The notes: a model not told the origin generated them from the sequence alone. 64,000 nt of DNA from Eledone cirrhosa (GCA_964016885.1 OZ024742.1:246574001-246638000); one strand, 5' to 3'; positions 25,541 to 41,364 are shown, numbered from the stretch's first letter. Made by a program: numbers and translations.

Positions 25541-25560
25541 ATATGTATGTATGTATGTAT

Positions 25561-25790
25561 GTTCTTCTGGTTTCACAAATTTTTACCAATAGAGAGAGAG
25601 TCGGTTTCTAACATAGACACAAGACTCTCTCATTGGAATTTACACAACATCAACTAGGTAGATATGTATGTATGCATGCATGCATGTGTAGATATGGATG
25701 TTATTGTATGTGTGGATGTGTATGTTTTGAGTTGTATGTGTGCATGTGTATATGCTTTGTATCTGTACATGTGTATGTATGTATGTATGT
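25561..25790 (-). mobile_element. 3' UTR fragment of R4/Dong family 2
   Basis: Matches 28221-28500. Confidence 0.65.
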
Positions 25791-25835
25791 ATGTCATGTA
25801 AGCCACATTCGATCGCAGCACTGTTAGTTGCTATC

Positions 25836-25873
<38 letters not shown>

Positions 25874-25949
25874 GCTTATGTGCGTGCGTGTGTGTGTATA
25901 TATATATGAATATGTATATTATTGTTGTTGTCGTTATTATTATTATTGC

Positions 25950-26007
<58 letters not shown>

Positions 26008-26127
26008 TTTTTTTTTTTTTTTTTTTTTATTGTGCAATGGCCATACTCGATAACGAGGGGGCAGCCATCATGTATGTATGTATGTATGTATGTATGTATG
26101 TATGTATGTATTTATGTATGTATGTAT

Positions 26128-26365
26128 ATATTAGAAATAGAAGCTTTCACCGTATTTTTAACTAAAGAAATTTTAGCCTGTTAGTGGAGTTTAGAAACAT
26201 CAAAGAAATGTAAAAAATATCAGTATTAATAATATACTCATCTTTTACCATTTCTTTGATGTTTCTAAACCCCAATATCAGGCTATAATTTCTTTAGTCA
26301 AAACTGCGGCGAAAGCTTCTATTTCTAATTTCAAACTCGCTCGCTGTTTCAAAAACATAATTACC
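26128..26365. repeat. Asymmetric fold-back element
   Basis: Arms ~26130-26215 and ~26243-26330, right arm extended; another arm copy at 24508-24565. Confidence 0.7.
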
Positions 26366-27425
26366 TCTTTCTCTTAATTTCGAGTACATTTTTGACCGGC
26401 CACCTTCCTGGTAGCAACGTTGTAAAAGATAAGAAATTGTCATCCTTTGAATCGCAAGAATGTTTTGCAAATTTTGAAGGTGCCAGCTATCGCAGCCATT
26501 TGTAATTTATGAATTAGGGAAGTGCGCTCTTTGTCCACAAATCCAAGTTCAGTTATATGTTGGTCCAAGTGGGTTGGTATATAACCTGTAGCTCCAATAA
26601 TGATGGGTATGAAGCTGAAGATGTGTCTTGGATACTGGATCTGCAAACTCCTCATCAATGGTCCGTAGATGTCCTCCTTCTCTTGTAATTTTCTTACAAC
26701 GGTGACATCATGTGGGCAGCTGATTTCTACAACAGAACACGTTTTCAATGTGTGGTCCCAAACAACAATATCAGGCCGGTTATGCTTTAATTTGGTGGCA
26801 GTTTTTATTTTCAGGTTCCACCAGTATTTTTTAGTGCCATCTATCTCAACATATTCCTCCTCATTTGTTTTTAATTTTGTTTTCTTAAGTGCGCTCCAGA
26901 TGGTTCTAGATATCACATCGTGTCTCATAGGGAGATAGTAGCGAGACGACATTCTTTCGCAGTTGGCAACAATGTGGCTAACATCTTCGATCTTTGTTTT
27001 ACAAAGCCTACATTTATTTTGAACTGATGGCCCTCCACTTTTGTGTAGCAGATATTTGGTAGGGATTTCTTGTTCTTTACTGCTAGATTCAGCTGACCAT
27101 TCTCTCTGTTCATCAGTGGAAGTGGGATGGATTTCAGCTACTTGTTGGTGAGTTGTCTATTGCTAGATCTAGCTGACCATTCTCTCTGTCTGTCAATGGA
27201 AATGGAATAATTGATTTCAATAGTGTCACTCAGTTCCGTTAGATGTATCAATTTACATCTAATGATACGTTTTGCCTGTTCATTTAAATGTTTTTGGGAA
27301 AAGTCTAATTCTGGATGTTTGGAGTTCCACAAAGTTTTTAGCCTCTGCGTAAAACCGAACTTTTGGGGGTCAGATTGTTTGTATGCTTCATATAAATCTT
27401 TGTTGAGATCGTAGCTCCATTGTAT
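26366..27425 (-). mobile_element. Internally deleted R4/Dong-clade non-LTR element (family 1)
   Basis: REL endonuclease RHD...NRPDIVVWD...VVEISCP (26440-26952), CCHC remnant, and N-terminal WSYDLNKDLY...RLK.LW...HPE...L.EQA.RI (27138-27425); RT absent. Confidence 0.8.
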
Positions 27426-27426
27426 A

Positions 27427-27618
27427 TAATTGTTTCTACTTTTGGCATAAGGCCAGCAATTATCCCAGTGTATAACTGGCACTTTATTTTATCGACCCCG
27501 TAAGGATGAAAGGCAAAGTTAACCTCGGCGGGATTTGAACTCAGACCATAAAGGGCCGTAACTCTTTGCTGCAAAGCATGGCGTCCGACGCTCTACTGAT
27601 ACTGCCAATCCACCGCCC
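27427..27618 (-). mobile_element. SINE family 1, full length
   Basis: Clean A/B boxes and Nin core. Confidence 0.85.
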
Positions 27619-28220
27619 ATTGTATATAATGGTTGTAGTTGCGATTTGGTCGAAGGAGACCTATACGCTTTGCCACGATGAGTTATACTATTCACTAATA
27701 TTTAGCATTTGTTTTTCAAAATACACGATGTTCAAAATACACGAAAGTTTCGACAAAGTTTTCTCATAATTGAATTTAAAGATGTTCACAGCTAGGGTAA
27801 TGTTTCCCTTCGGCTAGTTTTTAATTTTACAACTGTATTTTAAACGTTTATATTTAGCGTTTTTATTTTGTTTTTTTTTTGTGAATCGTTTTGTAACATT
27901 ACTTACTATATTTCTTTATTAATGTAATATAACAACGCTGTATTTATATGTTAAAATCTATGTAACGTTTATATGGTAAAATCTATGTATCGTTCATATA
28001 AATAGATGTTTTGCAATATATTTACAGTTCAAACACTCATGTAGAAATAGTGTATGTAATCTTACCGCAATATGTAGCTCAACCTTTCCAATATATGGTA
28101 TGTTGTCTTCATATAAGCCGTAATTACATACGTCCAATCATCGGACTGATCACAACGGTCGCCATTTGCGTTTATACATACTGAGTATGTATGTAAGCGT
28201 GCATGCGAGCATGTATGTAT

Positions 28221-28253
28221 GTTCTGGTTTCATAATTAAAAAAACTTTTGTTA

Positions 28254-28316
<63 letters not shown>

Positions 28317-29862
28317 GAGAGAGAGAGAGTCGGTTTCTAACATAGACACAAGACTCTGGAATTTAAACAACATGAACTAGGTAGATATGTATGCATATCT
28401 GCATGCATGTGTGTGCAGTTAAGGATGTTATTGTGTGTGGATGTGGATGTCGGGGGTTATATGTGTGCATGTGCATGTTTTGTATCTACATGTGTACATG
28501 CAGTTATTAGATGAAGAATTTTTGGTATGTTTGACATTTTTACTGTTTTTTTTAAAAATATTTTACATATCTTTACTGTTCCATTAATGGATTGTACCTG
28601 TAATTTCCTAACTAGTCATGTTCTTTCTGGTTCTGTGAAGCCCAGCTTCTCAAGATTTGTACTGAGGCAGTTACTAACACATCCCAGTGCCTCAGTAGTC
28701 ACAGGTATAAATTTGAAATATAGTCAAGGTGGAGTATATGCAGATTCCTCATTAGTTCTCCATAGGTATTCTCTTTTTCGATAATCTTTAACATTATGTT
28801 GGCCTCTGCTGGGCAGCTAACTTCCACTACTGTGCATGTTTTCTTTTCCCTGTCCCATATCATTATATCTGGTCTGTTATGCCTGCATTTTATTGGGGGT
28901 TTCTACTGGGACATTCCACCTGTACTCTTTCATATTATGTATGCCTATGTCTTCCACATTGCTGTAATATTTAATATGTTTATTGTCGGGGCTATCCGTT
29001 CTACGGATTGCATTATATTGTGTTTAGGGTACTACATCATACCTCATAGGCAGATAGTACCGTGATGACATCTTTGGACAGCTGCTTTGGACAGCCGCTT
29101 CTATGTTAATTCTGCAGAGTCTGCATTTGTTGTCACATCTAGGTGCTTTGCCTGCATCCCTATCTTTGTGAATCAGGTATTTTGTGTTGATTTCCTGTTC
29201 TTGGATTGCAAAAAGCATATCCTTTAAAGTGAGAGGCAATATAGCGGTTGTTGGTCCAAGATAGACTACTTGCCTTATCTATATTAATCTCACTCTGGAG
29301 CTTCCTGGCAACATATCCATGCATGATTTTTTGCTGATAAGCATGCAGTTTTTCATCCATAGATTCACTGCGGTATTGCTGGGGAATTTCCCTGGGTGTG
29401 AGTTTTTGATTATCATGCAAGGAGTACCTTTAAAGGAGTTTCTTCCCAATTCCCATGATCTTATCTGTCTCTTGTAGAAAGACCTGCTCAATAGATGGGC
29501 TCCTACGCTTGGAGTTCCGTAGTTGTTGACAGAGTGATATGATGCGACACTCAAATGCTGTCAGGACTGATATTAGGGCTCTGCCTCCTTGCTTGTGTTT
29601 CAAGTAGGGGTGGTCTATGTCACTGACGATGTGGAAGTTTCCGGTGTTGTTTAGGATTTTTCGGGTTTTAATATCAATAGCTCGGATTTCGTCTATCGTC
29701 CAATCGAGTATTCCAAACGTTGATGTTAGAACAGGCATAGCAAACACATTGAGCCACTGTTTTATTGTGCGCAGAGATTTCAGATGACCATATTTTTCTT
29801 AATAGGGTGAAATATTTCCTAGTTACGCGTTCCTTGGTACAGATAACATCATAGGATATATT
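28221..29862 (-). pseudogene. 5'-truncated R4/Dong-clade non-LTR element (family 2)
   Basis: FAMPVLTSTFGILDW...IDIKTRK, GGRAL, MHG, FAIQEQEINTK, CRLC, MSSRYYLPMR; multiple frameshifts. Confidence 0.85.
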
Positions 29863-30007
29863 TAACAAACATTATTTTTTCACCTCGACAAGATCCAGCT
29901 GGGACCATTCTCCTTTTCCTCTGCTTTCAAACACATATGTATGTATGTGTAACAAGCAGGAGAGAAATAGGGAAGAGAGAAAGAGCGTGGGATAGAGGTA
30001 GGGATAT

Positions 30008-30050
<43 letters not shown>

Positions 30051-30420
30051 GATAGAGGGAGAGAAGGGAGAAAGAGGGAGAGGGATAGAGAATCAGCTTA
30101 ACATTAGAAAAAAATTCCTACCATGTTGAAACATATTGCATTCACTTTCTGCTTCCCTGTATCTTTACTTATTCTCATCTAACTCCTCTTACTCCTCCCC
30201 TCTCTAGTATCCCTCTAACACGCTCTCCTCCATCTTCACAGAGAACAAATGAAATCAAGAGTGAAACACCTGACATAGCTGCTTGACACAATTACTTCTC
30301 GTAATTGAATCACGACAGTCGTAGTGAAAAGAGGTTCCAGATTCTGGCAGATGTCACATTGAGACTTAATTAAGAAGAGAGCGAGTGAGAAAATCACACA
30401 CACACTCATACATTAACACA

Positions 30421-30569
<149 letters not shown>

Positions 30570-31035
30570 AAGAGAAAGTGAGAGAGAAAGAAGAGGAAAA
30601 TTTAGAGATAAAAGTGGGGAAAATGTGTAAAGCTTGGCTTAGGTTAGCAATAGCTAGTTGTAAATGTAATAAGGTGACATGAAATATTTCATTCAAACAC
30701 AATAAACCCCTCTTGTACGGAGACAACTGGTCACACACATACATACACACATATATATACACAGACAAACACAGATACACACAAACAATCACATACACAC
30801 AGACATACGCATACAGACACACATACGAATACACAGACATAAACACATAAACACACACTCACGAACATAGACACACACACACACTGAGGCATTGTTAGTT
30901 TTTATAGGTAGGCAGATTTAGCGACTTGTTACTCAGGAGTTTCCTATTACTTGATGCATTCATCATCAATATTATCATCATATATATACATACACATATA
31001 CACGGATGTGTGTGTGTATATATATATATATATAT

Positions 31036-32090
<1,055 letters not shown>

Positions 32091-32134
32091 ATATATATAT
32101 GGATGTATATATATATATATATTCATATATATAT

Positions 32135-32391
32135 TAATAAAAAGAATTCCAACTTTGTCTGATTTACTCGTGTTATTTACAATCCTTTAAAATTATAATG
32201 GTATTAGAATGAAATAGTATGGGAGAATATTAAATGTTAAGTGTTAATTGAACAAGTACTTTTATGCTTTCGCAATCTTCAGGTTCATATTCTGTGGTGA
32301 CAGTCAAGTTTGCAATTTTCAACTGTCACCACAGAATATGAACCTGAAGATTGCGAAAGCATGAAAGTACTTGTCTAATTAACACTTAACA
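32135..32391. mobile_element. Fold-back mini-element with an HHR in each arm
   Basis: Arms 32235-32304 and 32322-32391; consensus GAAC-CTGAAGA-t-TGC-gaaa-GCA-t-GAAA-GTAC-TT-GTTC. Confidence 0.75.
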
Positions 32392-32411
32392 GTTTTGCCG
32401 CATATGTACAC

Positions 32412-32489
<78 letters not shown>

Positions 32490-32761
32490 CATATATATAT
32501 GCACCCACCCGGTATATGTGGATAAATGTATTTCCCAATGACAATTTTTATAGTGTGGTCCTGATTTAGATTTAATGAATTCTATCAACATTGTACATAT
32601 ACCTTCGTCTTTCTCCCTTTCTCTAATATACAATCTTATACTTTCTCCCTTTCTCTAATATACTATCTTATATACTATCATTTCAGCTTATGTATTTCAT
32701 ATACTCATGTATACACACATACATACATTCCCCTATACATACATAGCTGTGTGCGTTTGTG

Positions 32762-32796
<35 letters not shown>

Positions 32797-32914
32797 GTAT
32801 ACGTATATATATATATATATATACGGCCGCTTTCCCTGTTATATACATATATAGCAGGGAAAGTGGCCGTTAAATGATGGGGATGACGATTTTGACCTAT
32901 GTATACAACACATA

Positions 32915-32968
<54 letters not shown>

Positions 32969-33027
32969 AATACACAAACACCACGTATATGTACATGCAT
33001 ATGTATATATATATTTGTATATATATG

Positions 33028-33079
<52 letters not shown>

Positions 33080-33238
33080 CATATACGTACGTACAATACA
33101 TAATATATATAATGCAATAACTTAACGCACACACTTTATATATGTATATATATATATTTATACATATATAAAGTGTGTGTGTTAATTTTATTGCATTATA
33201 TATATTATGTATTGTACGTACGTATATGTATATATATG

Positions 33239-33274
<36 letters not shown>

Positions 33275-33328
33275 TATATATGTATATGTATATGTATATA
33301 TATATGTATATATATATTTACATATATA

Positions 33329-33371
<43 letters not shown>

Positions 33372-34126
33372 AGTATGTATGTTAATTTTATTGCATTGCT
33401 GCAATCTTCCTGATATCGTTCAAGTAGATAATCTGATTTGCGGATATCTTCTGGTGTGATGATATCAAAGCCACCAGTCGTATTGAAAGACATTTGAACA
33501 ACACAGCAAATTTCTTCAGCTCAGTTCAGTTGTCGAGCATAAGATTCAGTTAAATCATAGAAACGTTCATTGGACACATACATGTTTTAGTCATTAGTAG
33601 TCAATGCTATCACATTGATCTATTTAATGAGGATCGATGCCGAATGAATTATATTAAACCATGTTTTGTTATGCGATGACATCTGCAAGTGCCATGCGGT
33701 GAAGAAAGTTATGGTATTGAATGCGTGTGTGTGATGAGAGCGTGAGTGGTAAGTTTATTAAATAGCGATTTTTTTTTACATGAAATAATTAATGCGTTTC
33801 TTTAGTGTGGAAGACATAGCATATTCTAGCTGAAAAAAAAAAAAATATATATATACATATATATATGTAGAGAGAGAAATGGAGTTGCAGTATTGCTAGG
33901 ATTTTGTAAGCTATAAAAATTTCGATGAGAATGACTAACACGAATAATATTAGCTATGTTTGTCCTAAAACGGCTGCAATACACTCCAACATCACCACCT
34001 CCTGAAGACTTGACTGTGGACGTCTACTCAGTTTGAGGATGGAGTTGGCAAATTTTGTCGATGAGAATATGTTAAAAAACTTGATAAAGAAAGTAGTACA
34101 GAAACATAATCGTGTTATTAATACAC

Positions 34127-34182
<56 letters not shown>

Positions 34183-34185
<3 letters not shown>

Positions 34186-34355
34186 AAAATGTTTAACCCC
34201 GACGGCAGAGCTCAAGCCATTTCGACGGCTATTTCTGAAATAGTCGTCGAAACGGCTTGAGTTCTGCCGTCGGGGTTAAACATTTTCCTATTACCCTAAG
34301 TATTGAGTACTCTGGTGCGTTATGATACATCTGGTTCCTTGCCACACCTCTTTGG

Positions 34356-34392
<37 letters not shown>

Positions 34393-34521
34393 CAACAAGG
34401 AACCAGGTAGACCATAAGGCACCATAGTACTCGATACTTAGGGAAATAGAGTGGGTAATAGGAAAAGAGTCAGGACCCCGGGTTAGTTCGGATCTAGCTG
34501 TCGAAAGGCCGGAGCTCTTTT

Positions 34522-34525
<4 letters not shown>
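34183..34525. mobile_element. Two adjacent asymmetric fold-backs of family G (34183-34358 and 34390-34525)
   Basis: Short arm ends at TTTTC(C/T)TAT; long arm continues TACCC...GAGTACT.TGGTGC.TTATG; third copy at 57286-57395. Confidence 0.75.
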
Positions 34526-34570
<45 letters not shown>

Positions 34571-34575
<5 letters not shown>

Positions 34576-35716
34576 TTAGAAACACACAGATACATGCGGA
34601 CACACACATATACATGAATGCATCCGCACCCAACCGTGAGTTAAGGGTGCCAACTTCACCGATGTTGCTCAATGAATAACTGGGACAGACCAATCCGGTT
34701 GAACTAGACTGAACCAGTATCAGAGTTAAAAATACATTATGAAGAGAGAAGAAACATTTAGATATAATTAGTAATAAAATGTATCATACCTAAACTGCTC
34801 CTAGATTCCTCGACTACGTAGTTTCGTGGCATAAACAAAAACAATACATCATAAAGATATAGAGTTAAAAATACATTATGAAGAGAGAAGAAACATTTAG
34901 ATATAATTAGTAATAAAATGTATCGTGTAGACGCGTTCTTGAGACTAGTAAAATGAGGTATCCTCTTGATAAGTCGGCAGACCTCGCAATGACTCTATAT
35001 CTTTATGATGTATTGTTTTTGTTTATGCCACGAAACTACGTAGTCGAGGAATCTAGGAGCAGTTTAGGTATGATACATTTTATTACTAATTATATCTAAA
35101 TGTTTCTTCTCTCTTCATAATGTATTTTTAACTCTGATACTGGTTCAGTCTAGTTCAACCGGATTGGTCTGTCCCAGTTATTCATTGAGCAACATCGGTG
35201 AAGTTGGCACCCTTAACTCACGGTTGGGTGCGGATGCATTCATGTATATGTGTGTGTCCGCATGTATCTGTGTGTTTCTAAATATATTGTTAATAACTCC
35301 CTCTGGTCGAGCAATCTTTGAGGTGTGGGGACTGCTGGAAAGCTTCCATTACTCATACTTCTCTCCCCTTCACCACCTCTTCTACGGCTTCGATATAAAT
35401 ACCCCCTCCGCCTCCGTGGTATTTTCTTCGGGGTTATAAGAGGCTTAGCTCTGTTTCTCGACCGTTATATCGCGTGACTATCTCCCCCTCCGCCTTTTGG
35501 GATTCTTTCTCACGTCGTGTAGACGCGTTCTTGAGACTAGTAAAATGCGGTATCCTCTTGATAAGTCGGCAGACCTCGCAAGGACTCTATATCTCTATGA
35601 TGTATTGTTTTTGTTTATGCCACGAAACTACGTAGTCGAGGAATCTAGGAGCAGTTTAGGTATGATACATTTTATTACTAATTATATCTAAATGTTTCTT
35701 CTCTCTTCATAATGTA
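34571..35716 (+). mobile_element. Family D: inverted arm (34571-34924) plus 1.3 tandem monomers with two HHRs
   Basis: TTGATAA HHRs at 34961-35050 and 35553-35642 (period 592); internal ~64-bp duplication at 34861-34924. Confidence 0.87.
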
Positions 35717-35747
35717 TATATATATATATGTATATATTTATATATTT

Positions 35748-36014
<267 letters not shown>

Positions 36015-36212
36015 GTATGTTTGTGTATATATATATTATATATAAATATTAGTATGTATACGTACATACATATATGTATACAGACGTACAGTGGTATGTA
36101 TATATATATACATACTACTGTACGTCTGTATACATATATGTATGTACGTATACATACTTATATTTAACTAACAGCCGTACTAAGAGTGGGAAATGAAATT
36201 TCGTTTATTTTT

Positions 36213-36299
<87 letters not shown>

Positions 36300-36302
<3 letters not shown>

Positions 36303-36849
36303 GATAAATCTACCAAGAGTTTACGGTAGTGTCCAATCCGTATGAAGAACTCAATGTAATCCGGATATCATGGAAAGAAGAGATGCATTCAAAAATCACT
36401 TCCGGTGAAAGATAAACGGAATACAGAGTCAAGATAAAATATTAAAAAAATAATGAATAAAACAATGAAACAGTTCCTTATATTAAACAAAAAAAGTTCA
36501 TTATTTAACGATCGTTTCTAGGACATATATGTGTTAGAATTGGCATGCATATTTAACAGATCTATGTACAAAATTATACAAAATTATACAACTATCAAAT
36601 TTAATATACATACCAACACATATATATGCCGTCTTCAGAAATAATATTTATTTCTGAAGACGGCATATATATGTGTTGGTATGTATATTAAATTTGATAG
36701 TTTGTATAATTTTGTATAATTTTGTACATAGATCTGTTAAATATGCATGCGAATTCTAACACATATATGTCCTAGAAACGATCGTTAAATAATGAACATT
36801 TTTGTTTAATATAAGGAACTGTTTCATTGTTTTATTCATTATTTTTTTA

Positions 36850-36860
<11 letters not shown>
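36300..36860. mobile_element. Fold-back of the family N pLTR end with two HHRs
   Basis: Arms ~36436-36645 and ~36649-36858; left arm has a ~136-nt extra tail; matches 46861-47212 and 55025-55221. Confidence 0.88.
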
Positions 36861-36914
<54 letters not shown>

Positions 36915-36920
<6 letters not shown>

Positions 36921-38977
36921 ATATTTGGGGAGGGTCATATTTGCGTAATATTGCCAGAATTAATAACAGAACACACTCACTGTTTGGTTGGTTTTCGCTT
37001 CTCGCTGTCTTTTATATATATATATCTGCGATCTAACTTACTCGGTCCTCAATGCTGCCATTGACTGACCGGCGGTCAAAAATAATACAGATACAATATA
37101 GACACAAACACATATATATAGTTTACATAATTTACATAAATCTTTCGTTGCACATCTGCAACATCATCAGTGGTGTTATATTCATTGTTCCTCCTGTTGT
37201 GTTGTATGTCTACGCCATTTTTTTTTGTTCAGTCTGTCTATATATTTATTTATTTATTTGCTTGTTTGTTTATCTTATTTTATTTTGTCTTCTTTGCGCA
37301 TGCGTTTGCGTGTGTGTATAGTGTTATGTGTGATGTGTGACTAGTGTGTATAGTGTTGTGTCTGCTGGGTGACTAGTGTGTGTTTATGTGCTTGTGTATG
37401 TATTTATTTATCTTATTTTATTTAATTTTATTTACTTATTTATACTTCTCTTAGGTCAGTGTTGTTTGTTTGGGTGTTGTTGTTGTTCCACTCATTCTTT
37501 CTGTTTAGCTTTGGTCTTCTAATTTCTATTTCACTGGCCTCTCTGATTTGCCTATCTGCTGGGTCATTCCTATGTTTAGATATTATTCTAATTTCTATGT
37601 TGTCTATGTTACCGTCATGTTGTTGTCTAGCATGTTCGTATAGTACTGACCCGTTTTTTCGTCCTTTTAGTTCCCCCCAGTGTTGGTCTATCCTTTCACC
37701 TATGCTACGAGCTGTCTCACCTATGTATGTTGTTGTCATGTTTCTGCAAGTACCCTCTGTACATCTTATGCTATAGACTACGTTTCTAGTTTTACAGTTT
37801 ATCCGGGGGTTCACCTTACATATGATACATTTCCTATTGGTACAGTGGGTTTTCTTAAAAGGGTAGGTTTTGCTGATCAGGGATTTTATGGTGGTTCCTG
37901 GCTTTTCTACCACCTTTATTTTTAAGTGGGTCTTTCTCAGGGCCTTTCTACACTGGTTAGCTAATTTCCCTCCAGGGGTGGCGTCCACAAACATGACACT
38001 CTGATATCTCTGGTTGTCGTACCATGATGTGGCCTTCCCTACCTTATGTCTAGCCCTATCTAAGCTATTCCATGATTTGCTCCTGTATAGTGGGCAAATT
38101 CCTTTCATGTCCAGTTCTATGAGGGTCTTATACTTTTCCATGGCTCCTTCGTATACTCTGACTCTGTCTCTTTGGTTGTAGCCAGAGAACTGCATGCGGT
38201 TGATGAAGTGTTGGATGTGTCCTTCCATTTCTGTTGGGTCGCACATGCTGGACACATTCTTCATCACTCGTACCAAATCTGCGATCAGAATATTAAACTT
38301 AGCACTACTGGACATTGCTGAGTTTTTGAGTATCAGGTATTTGGAGGCCATGGGTTTAGCATAGTGTGAGTGGAGAATTTGGGCTCTCTCGTCTATAGTG
38401 TTAATCCAGAGTTCTGTGTCTAATACAGGTAGTCTATTGTTAGGGTGTTTGGAAGGGAAGTCTATAGTTACAGTTATACTCTGGTGTATGGAATTAGCTA
38501 TCTGCTGGATGCTTTCCATCGTGCTACGTTCTAAATCAAACTTGTTAGTGCTCTCTAGTGGGGGTGTTCTTATAACTATATTGATATCGTCTACATAACG
38601 AGAGTACCTGATGAGGTCTATGGAGCTTTCATTAAGGAGATCTTTAAGTCTCCTTTCCCACCATACCATGAAAAGGTTGGCAACATCACCAGCTATGCTG
38701 ACGCCGATGGCTGCTCCCTCATTTTGGGTGTAGATTTTCTCATTGAACTTAAATATGTGGCCCTTTAGGGTAGTTTTGATACTAGCCCCTATTGCATGTG
38801 CGACCATTTTTCTTACCTGATCAGTGTTTTGGGGGGTCCGTATAGCTTTGGTCCACCCAATCCACCTTCCTATGGGAGTCTTTTTAGCCATTGAGGTTAT
38901 GGTGGGGGGTCTACCTCTTATAGGTCTACTAGGGCAGAAACATCTAAGGTCATGGCTGTCTAGGTAGTCAGTGTTTT
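36915..38977 (-). mobile_element. PLE family A, 5'-truncated copy with pLTR
   Basis: Open frame 37440-38891 nearly identical to ORF 11034-12485; HHR 37135-37172. Confidence 0.93.
37440..38891 (-). CDS. PLE RT C-terminal half plus GIY-YIG endonuclease (uninterrupted but 5'-truncated)
   Basis: GAAIG, RYVDD, VVYSIRC/YIGET motifs. Confidence 0.85.
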   Translation of the reverse strand: MAKKTPIGRWIGWTKAIRTPQNTDQVRKMVAHAIGASIKTTLKGHIFKFNEKIYTQNEGAAIGVSIAGDVANLFMVWWERRLKDLLNESSIDLIRYSRYVDDINIVIRTPPLESTNKFDLERSTMESIQQIANSIHQSITVTIDFPSKHPNNRLPVLDTELWINTIDERAQILHSHYAKPMASKYLILKNSAMSSSAKFNILIADLVRVMKNVSSMCDPTEMEGHIQHFINRMQFSGYNQRDRVRVYEGAMEKYKTLIELDMKGICPLYRSKSWNSLDRARHKVGKATSWYDNQRYQSVMFVDATPGGKLANQCRKALRKTHLKIKVVEKPGTTIKSLISKTYPFKKTHCTNRKCIICKVNPRINCKTRNVVYSIRCTEGTCRNMTTTYIGETARSIGERIDQHWGELKGRKNGSVLYEHARQQHDGNIDNIEIRIISKHRNDPADRQIREASEIEIRRPKLNRKNEWNNNNTQTNNTDLREV

Positions 38978-38982
38978 AGGTA

Positions 38983-39050
<68 letters not shown>

Positions 39051-39065
39051 TATTTATCATATATA

Positions 39066-39155
<90 letters not shown>

Positions 39156-39182
39156 AATATATTTATCATATATATAACTATA

Positions 39183-39233
<51 letters not shown>

Positions 39234-39447
39234 GTATGTATATATACACACATACATATATGTATATATATAGAGAGAGATATATACATACGCATAAACG
39301 TACATATACATACATACGAACATACACGCATACATACACACATATACACAGCAATGTCCGTTGTACGTCTTGATTCAGGTTTAACCAGATCTATTTTAAC
39401 AAGCAAAGACAGTCTCCTGGAAACACGCAATCTCACGTTTTTCACCA

Positions 39448-40553
39448 TGAAGATGATTATTATGGTGATGGTGATGATGGTGGTGATGGTGATGATGGTG
39501 GTGGTGATGGTGGTGGTGATGATGGTGGTGATAGTGATGATGGTGGTGGTGATGGTGGTGGTGGTGGTGGTGGTGGTGGTGGTGGTGGTTGTGGTGGTGT
39601 TGATGATGGTGGTGGTGGTGATGGTGATGGTGGTGGTGGTGGTGGTGGTGGTGGTGATGATGGTGGTGATGGTGATGATGATGGTGGTGGTGGTGGTGGT
39701 GATGATGGTGGTGATGGTGATGATGGTGATGGTGATGGTGATGGTGGTGGTGGTGGTGGTGATGGTGGTGGTGGTCGTGGTGGTTGTGGTGGTGTTGATG
39801 ATGGTGGTGGTGGTGATGGTGATGGTGGTGGTGGTGGTGGTGGTGGTGATGATGGTGATGATGGCGGTGGTGATGATGGTGATGGTGGTGGTGATGGTGA
39901 TGGTGATGGTGGTGGTGGTGGTGGTGGTGGTGGTGGTGTTGATGATGGTGGTGGTGGTGATGGTGATGGTGGTGGTGGTGGTGGTGGTGGTGGTGGTGAT
40001 GATGGTGATGATGGTGGTGGTGATGGTGATGGTGATGGTGGTGATGATGGTGGTGGTGGTGATAGTGATGGTGATGGTGGTGATGATGATGGTGATGATG
40101 ATGGTGATGATGATGGTGCTGATGATGATGATGGTGGTGATGGTGGTGGTGATGGTGGTGATGGTGGTGATGGTGGTGATGATGATGGTGGTGATGATAG
40201 CGATGATGATTATGATGATGATGGTGATAGTGAAGGGGATGGTGAGGGGGTGATGTTGGTGATGATGATGGTGACGGTAATAATAGTTGTTTCTACTTTA
40301 GGCACAAGGCCAGCAATTACCCCAGTACATTACTGGTACTTTATTTTATTGACCCCGTAAGGATGAAAGGCAAAGTTAACCTCGGCGGGATTTGAACTCA
40401 GATCATAAAGGGCCGTAACTCTTCGCTGCAAACATGGCGTCAGATGATGATAATGATGATGACGCTGGTGAGGGTGATGATTATGATAATGATGATGATG
40501 GTAAAAATGATGGTTATTGATGACGATGATAACGTTGCGACGATGATGATGAC

Positions 40554-40585
<32 letters not shown>

Positions 40586-41055
40586 CGACGACGATGATGA
40601 CGACGACGATGATGATGACGATGATGATGATGATGATGACGATGACGATGATGACGACGATGATGATGATGACGATGATGATGATGATGAGGACGATGAC
40701 GATGATGATGATGACGACGACGATGATGACGACGACGATGATGATGACGATGATGATGATGATGATGACGATGACGATGATGACGACGATGATGATGATG
40801 ACGATGATGATGATGATGATGATGACGATGGTGATGGCGATGGTGAGGGTGAAGAGGATAATGATGGCAATGGTGACAGTGACAGTGATGGCAAGGGTGA
40901 TGTTATTGATGACGATGTTAAAGATGATGATGTTGTCCGGCGATGACACCGTTGACGACGACGATGACGATGATGACGATGATGACGATGATGATGATGA
41001 TGGCGATGATGATGATGATGATGAGCTTCATCATCATCATCATCATCATCATGGT
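39448..41055. repeat. (GGT/GAT/GAC)n compound trinucleotide tract interrupted by a SINE
   Basis: Direct reading; SINE family 1 on minus at 40281-40442. Confidence 0.9.
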
Positions 41056-41187
41056 GCTACTGAGAAAATGTAGAAAGTGTCGCAGTGAGCCTCAAACCTT
41101 CACGTTGATGACGTAATTGTTTTATCTCTAATCTTAAATGGACAGTATTTGATGTTAATAATAAAGTGTGTGTTGGTGTGCATACAT

Positions 41188-41230
<43 letters not shown>

Positions 41231-41279
41231 CACACAAGCATATATACTTACTATACTTACATATATGTATGTCTTTATA

Positions 41280-41337
<58 letters not shown>

Positions 41338-41364
41338 CACATATGAATACATACATATATGTAA

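Noticed and set aside
39186-41073. Met/Val/Asp-rich ORFs
   Set aside because: Trinucleotide repeats interrupted by a SINE.
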